Source: Bacilli bacterium | GTDB lineage: Bacteria; Bacillota_I; Bacilli_A; ML615J-28; CAG-698 | Assembly: GCA_050953065.1 (NCBI GenBank) | Contig: JBMNLZ010000002.1 | Span: forward strand, 384,001-448,000 | Length of the DNA: 64,000 nucleotides | Direction of reading: 5' to 3' | In this document: piece by piece, positions 10,549 to 19,456 of the stretch | Layout of the letters: every line of letters starts with the position of its first letter | Numbering within the stretch: position 1 is the first letter of the stretch | The notes under the pieces: model-generated | Database searches by the model: none | What the model saw: the letters and a program-made list of their open reading frames with translations, nothing else | Told to the model about the DNA's origin: nothing | Program-made: the position numbers and the translations under genes

Positions 10549-13500
10549 ATGAAAGAATTATCTAAATTATCAATTTTAAATAATAATAACCATCTTCAAG
10601 ATATTTTTACTAATGCATCTTATATTGAAATTGGTAATATTGAGTATGATAAGATGTCACTACTTTTAAAAGGTGAATTAATTAGGTTTGAAGATTTAAT
10701 TGATCTTAATATCATACGCAATAGTAAAAATCGTTTTAAAACCAATTCAAATATTGATATATTATTAAGTGCAATATTTTTTGAAAATATAAATCATAAA
10801 AATAAAAACCGTCAAATCTTTATAACGTATGGAATTGCTAATTGGATTAATAAAGATAAAAAAGAAGTTTTTGCTCCGATTGTTTTAATTCCTATTAATA
10901 TTTATATTCAAGAAGATGATATTTATATAAAAAAAATTGCATCTGCTATTGAGAATAAAATTTTAATTAAAATGTTATCTTTAGAAGATAAAAGTATAGG
11001 AAATCCTGATAATTTAAATACTGTTTATGCACTAGATAAATATATCTTACAATTTGAAAAATATAATATTCATATCAAATTAGAAAATATGATTACTTAT
11101 GCATATACTTCTAATAAGGATATTAAAATTGATCATGAAAAATTTGATACTTCAAAAATAGATGATTATTATATTATTGATAAATATTATCATCCTGAAA
11201 ATGAAAACTTTTATTTAGTTAGCGATTTAGATAAAAAGCAACGTGCTTGTGTTCAAATGGCTAATAATGATTTGAGTTTTGTAATTAGTGGAAAATTAGG
11301 AACAGGTAAAACTGAAACTTTAATTAACATTATAGTTAATGCAGTTTTAAATAATAAAAAAGTTTTATATGTTTCAAACATTAAAGAAACTGTTGATTAT
11401 GTTGAGGCTAGACTAACTGAGTTAAATATGTCATATTCTGTTGCTAACCTACTTCAATCATATGATGAGTTGATTAGTAAAAAACAGTATCAATTTCCAA
11501 AGAAAAAAACATTTTCACCTGATTTTAAAGAAGAATTAATTGAAACCTATAAAATAATTAATGGTTATGAAAATTGTCTTAACTCTAGAATCTTAAATCA
11601 TAGTTATTTAATAGTTATGAATAATCTAGTTAGTTTTGATAAAAGTAAAGTAAAAAAAATAGATATTGATGATTTAAGTAGTTTATATAAAGAAGAATTT
11701 AATCGAGCTGTTAGAAGTTTAGATATAATCAGTTCATTATATGATAAAATACCTTCTTTTAAAGATAGTATTTGGAATAATATACCGATTAATAATAATG
11801 TAAGTTTTCCAAATCAAGTTATAAATATTGTTTTTCAAATGAAGTCATTTTATGCTCATATGTATGAGGATAGTAAAACTTTAGAAAAAAAATATGGTTT
11901 TAAACCTATTACCTATTATGCTTCTTTAAGAAATGTCATCAATAATTTTAAAAACCTAAAACACGAAGAAGTATTAAGTTCTTGGATTGATAATTCATTA
12001 GAAGGATTTTTCAAAGCTAAAGAAACTTTGAAAGATTTAAAAAAAGATTATATTGATATTAAGAATTTTAAAGAATTCTTAAATTCAAAATATTATGAAC
12101 TTGATGATTTAGATATAAAAGCAGAAATTAAAAATTTATATAGTTATCAATTTGGAAAAGATGAAATAGAAAAAATAAATTATCTTTTTGAAGTTAGGGA
12201 AACATTAGAACCTAAAATTAATCGTGGTGAGATTCAAAGGGGAATCATTGCTAAAACGCTTGATAAAATTGTTCAATTTATTGAAATTGAAAATGATAAA
12301 TCAGATGAACTTGTCTTAGAGGTTGTTAGATTAAGTAAGTTCTTGGGTCAATATGTTTATCATGCTTGGTGGTTAGATATCAAGAATGAAAATGAATTTC
12401 AATATAAATTAAAGCGAATTAAAGATAGTTTTAATCATCTAAAAGAATTAGATGAGGTAAGAAAAGAATATTATAATGAGTTTCAAAAGTTTGCATATAA
12501 AGATTCTAACTATATCTTAAAGGTATTAGATGATATAATTGATGCTAAGAGACTTGAAAAAAGTGATATGAAATTAGCTTCAATTATAAGAAAGTCAAAA
12601 TTAAGTCCTGATGCTTTAAAGGTATTAGTTGAAAGATTAAGAAGTTTAAGAAAGAATTATAATAAAGTTAAAAATATTTTCTTTGAAGAAACTGGTTTTA
12701 ATTTTCAAGCTGATGTTGATATAATCAATGACTTTGAAAAATGTTTTGAATATATTAATAATATTAAGCCAAAATATAAAGAAGCGTTTATAAAATATTT
12801 GAAATCTGTTTATTTCCAATATTCAAAAGGAGATATTCCAATTCAAACATTTAACTTATTGCTTAAATCAATGGATGATTTAGAAGCACTTTATGATGGT
12901 TTAAGTAAATATAATTTTGATATAGGATATAAATCATATTATGAAAAGTTAGAAAATGTTTCTTTAATTTTTAGATATTTGTCTAGTATATATTTTGCTA
13001 GTGATCAAGTTAAAAATAAATTTAGGGAAGCTAAAACTGGAATCATTAATAGTGAGGATTTCTTTAGCATTGAAAATGATGTAGATTATTTAAATAAGTT
13101 AGAGAGAAACTTCCAAAATAATAAAACATATAAAGAAGTATTTCAAGAATATTTTGATGGTGTTAATACAAATGTAGAAAAGCTAAGTCGTGTTATTGTT
13201 TCAATTGATAACTTCGTTAATTGTTTTACTAGTGCAAAAGATGCTGCTAGTAGCCTTGAGTTAGATAAGTATAATAAGATTAATCTAAATTTAGGTGAGT
13301 TAAGAGAAATAGCAGAGGATGCTAACGATGTTTTAAAATCTTATAGTCAAATTTTTAAAGGGGCAGTAGCAAAATATTATTATGAAAGTTTTGAGCAAAA
13401 TTTAAATGTTTTAGATAAAAAGTTAGAAGCAAAAGAAGAATTAGGAATTTATCTTACTATTACAAAACATTTCAAGAGAATTTTAAAATATAATCTTAAT

Positions 13501-14799
13501 AAATTAGTTAATAGTTGTGTTGAAGAAAAAAATATTAGAAAAATAATTAATAACTTTAAATATACTTATTATTTAATGATTTATGAAATGTTCCAAGAAA
13601 AAGTTCAATTATTTAATAATAGTCAATTACAAGTTATGTTAGAAAAGGCATATTCTTTAGAAAGAGAATTACTAGAAGAAAATGCATCGCTTCTTTTAAA
13701 GAGTCATAGTAGAGTCTTTGAAACTAAAAAGTTTTTTAGGAATCTAGATTATGCAGGGCTTATTAGAAAACTTGCTCATAAAAGAGTTTTCTTAACTGAT
13801 ACTGAAATCTTAAATAACTTTTTTGAAACTAAAGCTTTTGATTTAGTAATCATCGATGATGCTTATGTTTTAGAAGCAGAAGCTTATTATAAAGCAATAA
13901 CAGGTCGACAAGTAGTTATTGCAGGAGAAGAACCTAAAAAAAGTTTTAGCGCTAATACACTTCTTTCTAGAATGAAAGAGAAAAATATTATTCATTTTAC
14001 AAGATCTTATAATCCAGTACCTAAGAATTTAATTGAACATAGTGGTGCTTTAGAAAGTATTTTTAAAAATTCTTTTGAAGAAAATCAAGGAATTAAAGTA
14101 ATTAAGCAACGCTTAGAAGAAAAAATTGTTTCTATTCTTCAACATAATGAAGATTTAAAAATAAATATCTATGTTTCAAATATTATTAAAATGAAAGATC
14201 TATATGAAAGACTAGCAATTGCATTTTTAAAGGCAGGTTATAGTGAATATAGAATTTTAAAAATTCTAACAACTAATATTAATATCTGTGATGCTCTTGA
14301 TTATTACTTAGTAAAAAGTGATTATAATATTTTAGTATTAGAGTGTTACCATAATATTGATAAAGAACATAGTGCTAATTTAATTATTGATACTTTAATG
14401 TTAGTTCAAAAAGAAGTTTGGATTTATGATAATAATAATTATTTAAATAAAAAAAGTCTTCTTTCTGAAAGACTAAATTCTTTTATTAACGATACAAAAC
14501 TATTTGATTATAAATATGATAATAAAGCAGTTTTAAAACTAGCGAAAGCTTTACAATTATCTGGAATTGAAGTAATCGGAAGACACGATGATTTAGATTT
14601 AGTAATTAAACATAAAGATAAATTATCAGGGATTATGATTTTATGGACTTTAGACAATTTAAGATATGAAATTTTAAATGATTATAGATATTATTGTAAG
14701 GAATATCAAAAACATGAGATTAAAGTATTTAAAGTCTTAATAGAAGATATCTTAAATGATGTTAAGGCTGTAGTTAAAGAAATAGCGGGTGAATTATGA
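10549..14799 (+). CDS. Large DUF4011-type SF1 helicase-like protein with a long helical insert and a degenerate C-terminal nuclease-like region; probably catalytically impaired
   Basis: APIVLIP (DUF4011-like), Q motif LDKKQ, Walker A GKLGTGKT, KKVLYVS, Walker-B-like FDLVIIDDA, QVVIAGE; TGATATAAT at 10519-10527. Confidence 0.7.
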   Translation: MKELSKLSILNNNNHLQDIFTNASYIEIGNIEYDKMSLLLKGELIRFEDLIDLNIIRNSKNRFKTNSNIDILLSAIFFENINHKNKNRQIFITYGIANWINKDKKEVFAPIVLIPINIYIQEDDIYIKKIASAIENKILIKMLSLEDKSIGNPDNLNTVYALDKYILQFEKYNIHIKLENMITYAYTSNKDIKIDHEKFDTSKIDDYYIIDKYYHPENENFYLVSDLDKKQRACVQMANNDLSFVISGKLGTGKTETLINIIVNAVLNNKKVLYVSNIKETVDYVEARLTELNMSYSVANLLQSYDELISKKQYQFPKKKTFSPDFKEELIETYKIINGYENCLNSRILNHSYLIVMNNLVSFDKSKVKKIDIDDLSSLYKEEFNRAVRSLDIISSLYDKIPSFKDSIWNNIPINNNVSFPNQVINIVFQMKSFYAHMYEDSKTLEKKYGFKPITYYASLRNVINNFKNLKHEEVLSSWIDNSLEGFFKAKETLKDLKKDYIDIKNFKEFLNSKYYELDDLDIKAEIKNLYSYQFGKDEIEKINYLFEVRETLEPKINRGEIQRGIIAKTLDKIVQFIEIENDKSDELVLEVVRLSKFLGQYVYHAWWLDIKNENEFQYKLKRIKDSFNHLKELDEVRKEYYNEFQKFAYKDSNYILKVLDDIIDAKRLEKSDMKLASIIRKSKLSPDALKVLVERLRSLRKNYNKVKNIFFEETGFNFQADVDIINDFEKCFEYINNIKPKYKEAFIKYLKSVYFQYSKGDIPIQTFNLLLKSMDDLEALYDGLSKYNFDIGYKSYYEKLENVSLIFRYLSSIYFASDQVKNKFREAKTGIINSEDFFSIENDVDYLNKLERNFQNNKTYKEVFQEYFDGVNTNVEKLSRVIVSIDNFVNCFTSAKDAASSLELDKYNKINLNLGELREIAEDANDVLKSYSQIFKGAVAKYYYESFEQNLNVLDKKLEAKEELGIYLTITKHFKRILKYNLNKLVNSCVEEKNIRKIINNFKYTYYLMIYEMFQEKVQLFNNSQLQVMLEKAYSLERELLEENASLLLKSHSRVFETKKFFRNLDYAGLIRKLAHKRVFLTDTEILNNFFETKAFDLVIIDDAYVLEAEAYYKAITGRQVVIAGEEPKKSFSANTLLSRMKEKNIIHFTRSYNPVPKNLIEHSGALESIFKNSFEENQGIKVIKQRLEEKIVSILQHNEDLKINIYVSNIIKMKDLYERLAIAFLKAGYSEYRILKILTTNINICDALDYYLVKSDYNILVLECYHNIDKEHSANLIIDTLMLVQKEVWIYDNNNYLNKKSLLSERLNSFINDTKLFDYKYDNKAVLKLAKALQLSGIEVIGRHDDLDLVIKHKDKLSGIMILWTLDNLRYEILNDYRYYCKEYQKHEIKVFKVLIEDILNDVKAVVKEIAGEL

Positions 14800-15359
14800 A
14801 ACGTGGTAATAAAAAAATCTTTAATGAATTTGTATATTCAATAAAACAAGATCCAAATAGGTATTTTTATATCAAGAGTACTTTACAAAAATTAAAAGAA
14901 AATGAAGTTGATATTAATACTCAAATGGATCAAGGTAGAACCTTGCTTCATTTAGCAGTAAAAATTAATGATGTTAAACTTTTAAATGTTTTTATTAAAA
15001 GTGGAATTAATTTAAATCTAGCAGATGAAATAGGTGATACTCCACTTCATAAGGCAGTAAGAGAAAATAAGCTTGCTTTAGTTAAGGCTTTAATTAATGG
15101 TGGTTGTGATGTTAATTTAGGAACTGAATTAGAGCAATCGCCATTGCACTTAGCTGTGATTAATGGTAATATGGATTTAGTTAAATATTTAGTAGAACAT
15201 GGTGCGGACATTTTATTGTTAGATGAGAGAAATAATTTACCAATTGATTATGCAATTGATGAAAAAGATGCAAAGATTGTCAAGTATTTTTTGAGTAAAC
15301 AAAAAATAGAAGGCGATAGATTAATAAGAGTAAAAGAAATCTTTAAGAAGAATGGGTGA
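14796..15359 (+). CDS. Ankyrin-repeat protein (about 4 repeats)
   Basis: GRTLLHLAV, GDTPLHKAV, QSPLHLAV and NLPIDYAI; ATGA overlap with the upstream gene. Confidence 0.92.
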   Translation: MKRGNKKIFNEFVYSIKQDPNRYFYIKSTLQKLKENEVDINTQMDQGRTLLHLAVKINDVKLLNVFIKSGINLNLADEIGDTPLHKAVRENKLALVKALINGGCDVNLGTELEQSPLHLAVINGNMDLVKYLVEHGADILLLDERNNLPIDYAIDEKDAKIVKYFLSKQKIEGDRLIRVKEIFKKNG

Positions 15360-15364
15360 GATAT

Positions 15365-16168
15365 ATGAACTTAAATAAATTTATAGATTTAATAAATGAG
15401 TATACTGATTATTGGTCACTTTGGGGAATATTAAAGTTAGTCTTTGATATTATTATAGTTACAGCTGTAATAGTATTACTTTATTTTATGTTAAGAAGGA
15501 AAGTTAAAGCTTTAAGAATTTTTATTTTTATATTTGCATATTTTATAATTTATGCAATTGTTTATGTTTTAGGATTAAGTATGGCTGCTAAGATTTTGTC
15601 GTTTCTTGCTTTTTGGAGTTTTGGTATCCTAATTATTGTTTATGGTCAAGATATAAAACATTTCTTTGATAACATATTTAAGGTAAGTAGAACTGATAAT
15701 GCTTTTACTTCAGTTGAGGAAAAAAAGAATTTAATTAATATTATTATGAAGACTGTTGAGTTTTTATCTAAAAGACAAATCGGAGCAATTATTACAATTG
15801 AAAGAGAAGATAACCTAAATACCTTTATTGATAAAGCAATTACAATTAATGGAGAAATTACAGCAGAATTATTATCATCAATTTTTATTGAAGGTACAGC
15901 AACTCATGATGGTGCTGTGATTATTAGAAAAAATAAAATTATGTGTGCTGGGGCGTATTTTCCTTCAACTGATAAATTTGATGTACCTAAGTTTTTAGGA
16001 ACAAGACATCGTGCAGCAATTGGAATTAGTGAAAGATATGATGCCTTTACAGTTGTTGTATCAGAAGAAACAGGAAATATTTCAGCGACTTTAGATGGTG
16101 TAATTCATTTAGAATTACCACTTTCAAGAGTAGAAGAGATGCTTGATAAATATATTCCGTTTAAATAA
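15365..16168 (+). CDS. cdaA: Membrane-bound diadenylate cyclase (CdaA/DacA, DisA_N domain)
   Basis: Three N-terminal TM segments; catalytic HDGA and GTRHRAA motifs; VSEETG. Confidence 0.93.
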   Translation: MNLNKFIDLINEYTDYWSLWGILKLVFDIIIVTAVIVLLYFMLRRKVKALRIFIFIFAYFIIYAIVYVLGLSMAAKILSFLAFWSFGILIIVYGQDIKHFFDNIFKVSRTDNAFTSVEEKKNLINIIMKTVEFLSKRQIGAIITIEREDNLNTFIDKAITINGEITAELLSSIFIEGTATHDGAVIIRKNKIMCAGAYFPSTDKFDVPKFLGTRHRAAIGISERYDAFTVVVSEETGNISATLDGVIHLELPLSRVEEMLDKYIPFK

Positions 16169-16177
16169 AAAGTTTTT

Positions 16178-16208
16178 AAAAACAAGCCTTAAAAAGGGCT
16201 TGTTTTTT
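16178..16208 (+). terminator. Intrinsic terminator after cdaA
   Basis: aaaaacaagcctt-aaaa-agggcttgtttttt. Confidence 0.8.
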
Positions 16209-16221
16209 TAAAGATTATAAA

Positions 16222-16250
16222 TTGAAATAAGTATTAATAAATGATATAAT
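16222..16250 (+). promoter_or_regulatory. sigmaA promoter with extended -10
   Basis: TTGAAA, 17-bp spacer, TATAAT preceded by TG. Confidence 0.7.
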
Positions 16251-16272
16251 AGATAAGTAAGAGGTAATAGTT

Positions 16273-17724
16273 ATGAATTTTTTTGAAAATGCCCCACTTG
16301 TTTTTTTTACATTCTCATTTTTGGTGAGTTTATTAATAATTATAATTTCATTAATTACATTTAAAAAATTTCAATTATTTAATTTTATTTTGGTATTATT
16401 ATTTCCAATAATTTATGTAGTGTATTTAATCTTCAAAGATACTTTTAGTTTCTTTGATTCATACATCAATTATTATTTGTTTGGAAGTGGTGCTTTAGTA
16501 GTTTGTTTTACACTGCTAACAATGGCAATTATTGGTGCTTATTATAAAGCAAAACATCGTGTTTTTAAATATGCGACACTTTATGAACAAACTACGATTT
16601 TAGTGTATTTAGATTATGAATATAAACCACTTGAAATTAATGATGAATTTTTTAAAGATTACAACCGAATTAGTAATTTTAAAGAATGGGTTAGTCATTT
16701 AAAGGTTGTTGAATGTAGTGGAAAACAATATCGTCCTAAAGACTTCTTTGATATCTTTAAAGAAGATAGTAATGCTTTTGAGATTAATATTATCATGGAA
16801 GATAATTCAAGTATTGCTAAAACGATTGTTAAAAAAGAAGTTGTTTATAATGATGAAATTATTGGCTTTATTTTAGTAGACCATCAAAAACTGATGACTG
16901 AAAACTTCCGTCAAAGATTTATGGACATTTATGATTTAAGGTTTTTTAATTATATGACTTTAATTAATGAACCAATTGCATATTTTGATTCATATAAAAA
17001 GATTTTTGTTTTAACTCCTAAGATGCAAGAAACTTTAGGAATTGATAAAAAGATGCTAACAATAGAAAAGTTTAAAGAATTTGTTTATAGTGAAGATCAA
17101 GTAGATTTTTTGGATTGTGTTTCTGGGGCTAATAGATATTTTAATTTACATACTACAACAGGTTATCAATTATTTGAAAATAGATCATATATTTTTGATA
17201 ATGAAGTTTATAATATTGTTAGGCATTATAAAAATATTACTGAGAATAAAATTGAAATTAAAGCATATGATGATTTAATTAAAGCGATTAATAAATCATT
17301 TAGTAGTTATGATTTTGGATTAATTGTTTTATCTTTTAGAAATATTGAAAATATTAGAATTCAATTTGGTGAAGATTATGCATCACTTGTTTTAACTAAG
17401 TTTTTCCAAAAGGCTAATAATGGAGTTTTAAAGAATAAATTAAATGTTTTCAAATTAAATAATTCAGATTATGCTCTACTTATTAACAGACAAGATGATC
17501 TTCATTTAATTATTAGAGATTTAGAAAAACAAACATCTGATTTACTAAATACAAATATTATTATTGATTATAAAAAATTTGATATTAGACCAACTTTAGG
17601 AATTTGTTTAGTATCAACTCTACCAATAAAATCAGCAGAACTTGCAGTTAAAGCTGCGATTGAAGCAGCTGAGGAAGCTAAGATGTTTGGTAAAGGTTTT
17701 GTTTTATATTCTAAAAAAAGGTAG
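16273..17724 (+). CDS. Membrane protein with PAS-like region(s) and a degenerate GGDEF domain
   Basis: 3 TM segments; C-terminal pattern LIVLSFRNIENIRIQFGEDYASLVL...FKLNNSDYALL...TLGI...AAEEAKMFGKG follows the GGDEF fold but lacks the GGDEF motif. Confidence 0.6.
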   Translation: MNFFENAPLVFFTFSFLVSLLIIIISLITFKKFQLFNFILVLLFPIIYVVYLIFKDTFSFFDSYINYYLFGSGALVVCFTLLTMAIIGAYYKAKHRVFKYATLYEQTTILVYLDYEYKPLEINDEFFKDYNRISNFKEWVSHLKVVECSGKQYRPKDFFDIFKEDSNAFEINIIMEDNSSIAKTIVKKEVVYNDEIIGFILVDHQKLMTENFRQRFMDIYDLRFFNYMTLINEPIAYFDSYKKIFVLTPKMQETLGIDKKMLTIEKFKEFVYSEDQVDFLDCVSGANRYFNLHTTTGYQLFENRSYIFDNEVYNIVRHYKNITENKIEIKAYDDLIKAINKSFSSYDFGLIVLSFRNIENIRIQFGEDYASLVLTKFFQKANNGVLKNKLNVFKLNNSDYALLINRQDDLHLIIRDLEKQTSDLLNTNIIIDYKKFDIRPTLGICLVSTLPIKSAELAVKAAIEAAEEAKMFGKGFVLYSKKR

Positions 17725-17729
17725 TTTGA

Positions 17730-18251
17730 ATGAAGAAAGTATTAAGAGAGAAAGTTTTAAAATCTAGAAAAAGAGATAAAGTAAAAGATGAGCTAGTTTT
17801 TAAAAATTTATTATCTTTAATAAAAGACTTTAAAAAGGTTGCGATATATTCTAGCATCAAAGAAGAGCCTTTATTAGATTCTTTTTGGGGAGAATTAGAA
17901 AAAGAAGTTTATTTACCAATCTTTAAAGAAAAAGGTTTTGCAAGGTTTATAGGAAAAGAAAATCTTATCTTAAGTAAATATAATATTTTAGAACCAAGTG
18001 GAAAATTAATTGATATAAACCTTTTAGATGCTATCATTATACCTTGTCTTGCAGTTGATAAAAAAGGAGCACGCCTTGGTTATGGTAGTGGCTTTTATGA
18101 TCAAGTTTTAAAAGATTATCAAGGATTAAAAATAGGTGTTGCTTATAGTGAATTTTATTTAGATGTTTGCTTTAAAGAAGCTCATGATATAGTGCTTGAT
18201 TTTTTAGTAACTGAAAAAGGAATTATAAAATTTGGAAAGAAAAATGTTTGA
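17730..18251 (+). CDS. 5-formyltetrahydrofolate cyclo-ligase
   Basis: YNILEP, IIPCLAVDKKGARLGYGSGFYD and HDIVLD motifs. Confidence 0.92.
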   Translation: MKKVLREKVLKSRKRDKVKDELVFKNLLSLIKDFKKVAIYSSIKEEPLLDSFWGELEKEVYLPIFKEKGFARFIGKENLILSKYNILEPSGKLIDINLLDAIIIPCLAVDKKGARLGYGSGFYDQVLKDYQGLKIGVAYSEFYLDVCFKEAHDIVLDFLVTEKGIIKFGKKNV

Positions 18252-19377
18252 TGTTATTTTGTTGATGGCTGGAAGTTCAAAAAGACTTAATTTAGGCATT
18301 AATAAGAATTTAATTGAAGTTTTAAATAAACCAATCTTTATGTATTCATTAGAAGCTTTTTTGAATTTTAAAGAATGCAATCAAATATATCTTGTTTGTC
18401 GTGATTTTGAAGAAGAGATAGTATCAAAGTATATTAAAGATATTCCTAAAGTAAAACTTGTGATAGGTGGAGAAGAACGTCAGGATAGTTTATATAATGG
18501 ATTAAAATCTGTAACAGCTCCTTATGTTTTAGTCCATGATGCAGCAAGACCAAATGTAACTTTAGAGTCAATTAAAAATATAATGCAAGTGATTAAAAAA
18601 GGTGAAATTGCATCTTTAGCAGTTAAGAGTAAAGATACTATCAAAGAAATAGAAGAAGATTATATTACTAAAAATTTAGTTAGAAAAAAGTTGTGGTCAA
18701 TGCAAACTCCTCAAGGAGGACCTACTAAAGTTTATAAAGATGCTTTTGAAAGAGCTTTAAAAGAAAATTTTAGTGCAACTGATGATACTGAAATTTTAAT
18801 GGTTTACAGTAAAGAAAAGGTGAAGATAGTTGAAGGAACTTATAATAATTATAAAATTACTGATCAAGAAGATCTTCAAATGTTTATAAAGGAAAAAACA
18901 ATGTATAGAATTGGACATTCAAAAGATATTCATCGTTTAGTTAAAGATAGACCTTTAATTTTAGGTGGTATAAAGATTCCTCATTCTAAGGGGTTGTTTG
19001 GTCATAGTGATGCTGATTGTGTTTTACATAGCGTGGCTGAAGCCATTATTGGAGCTTTAGGAAAAGGAGACATTGGAATGATGTTTCCAGATACTGATTC
19101 AAAATATAAAGATATAGCATCCTCATATTTTGTTTTAGAAGTTAAGAAATTAATGGAAAATGAAGGCTATAAGATTAACAATTTAGATTTAATAATCTAT
19201 TTAGAAAATCCAATACTTAAAGATTATAAAGCTTTAATTAAAGAAAATATTGCAAAGTTATTAGAATGTGATAGTAGTTTAATAAATATTAAAGCAACAA
19301 GAAACGAAATGCTTGATGCTATTGGAAAAGAAGAAGGCATTGCATCTGAGTGTGTAGTCATGTTAATAAAAAAATAA
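18244..19377 (+). CDS. ispDF: Bifunctional IspD/IspF (MEP pathway)
   Basis: IspD motifs GGEERQDS, VHDAARP, QTPQ and KIT; IspF motifs RIGHSKDIH, GHSDAD and GDIG. Confidence 0.92.
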   Translation: MFDVILLMAGSSKRLNLGINKNLIEVLNKPIFMYSLEAFLNFKECNQIYLVCRDFEEEIVSKYIKDIPKVKLVIGGEERQDSLYNGLKSVTAPYVLVHDAARPNVTLESIKNIMQVIKKGEIASLAVKSKDTIKEIEEDYITKNLVRKKLWSMQTPQGGPTKVYKDAFERALKENFSATDDTEILMVYSKEKVKIVEGTYNNYKITDQEDLQMFIKEKTMYRIGHSKDIHRLVKDRPLILGGIKIPHSKGLFGHSDADCVLHSVAEAIIGALGKGDIGMMFPDTDSKYKDIASSYFVLEVKKLMENEGYKINNLDLIIYLENPILKDYKALIKENIAKLLECDSSLINIKATRNEMLDAIGKEEGIASECVVMLIKK

Positions 19378-19456
19378 TAAATATCTCCAAGAAAAATTGA
19401 AGTTAGTACGTATATATAGTGTATAAAGAAAATATACGTTTAAAGGAGAGGAAAAT

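Noticed and set aside
10549-14799. Active Hhe-type anti-phage helicase-nuclease
   Set aside because: Walker B and later helicase motifs and the nuclease motif are degenerate and the context is housekeeping; reported instead as a probable pseudo-enzyme
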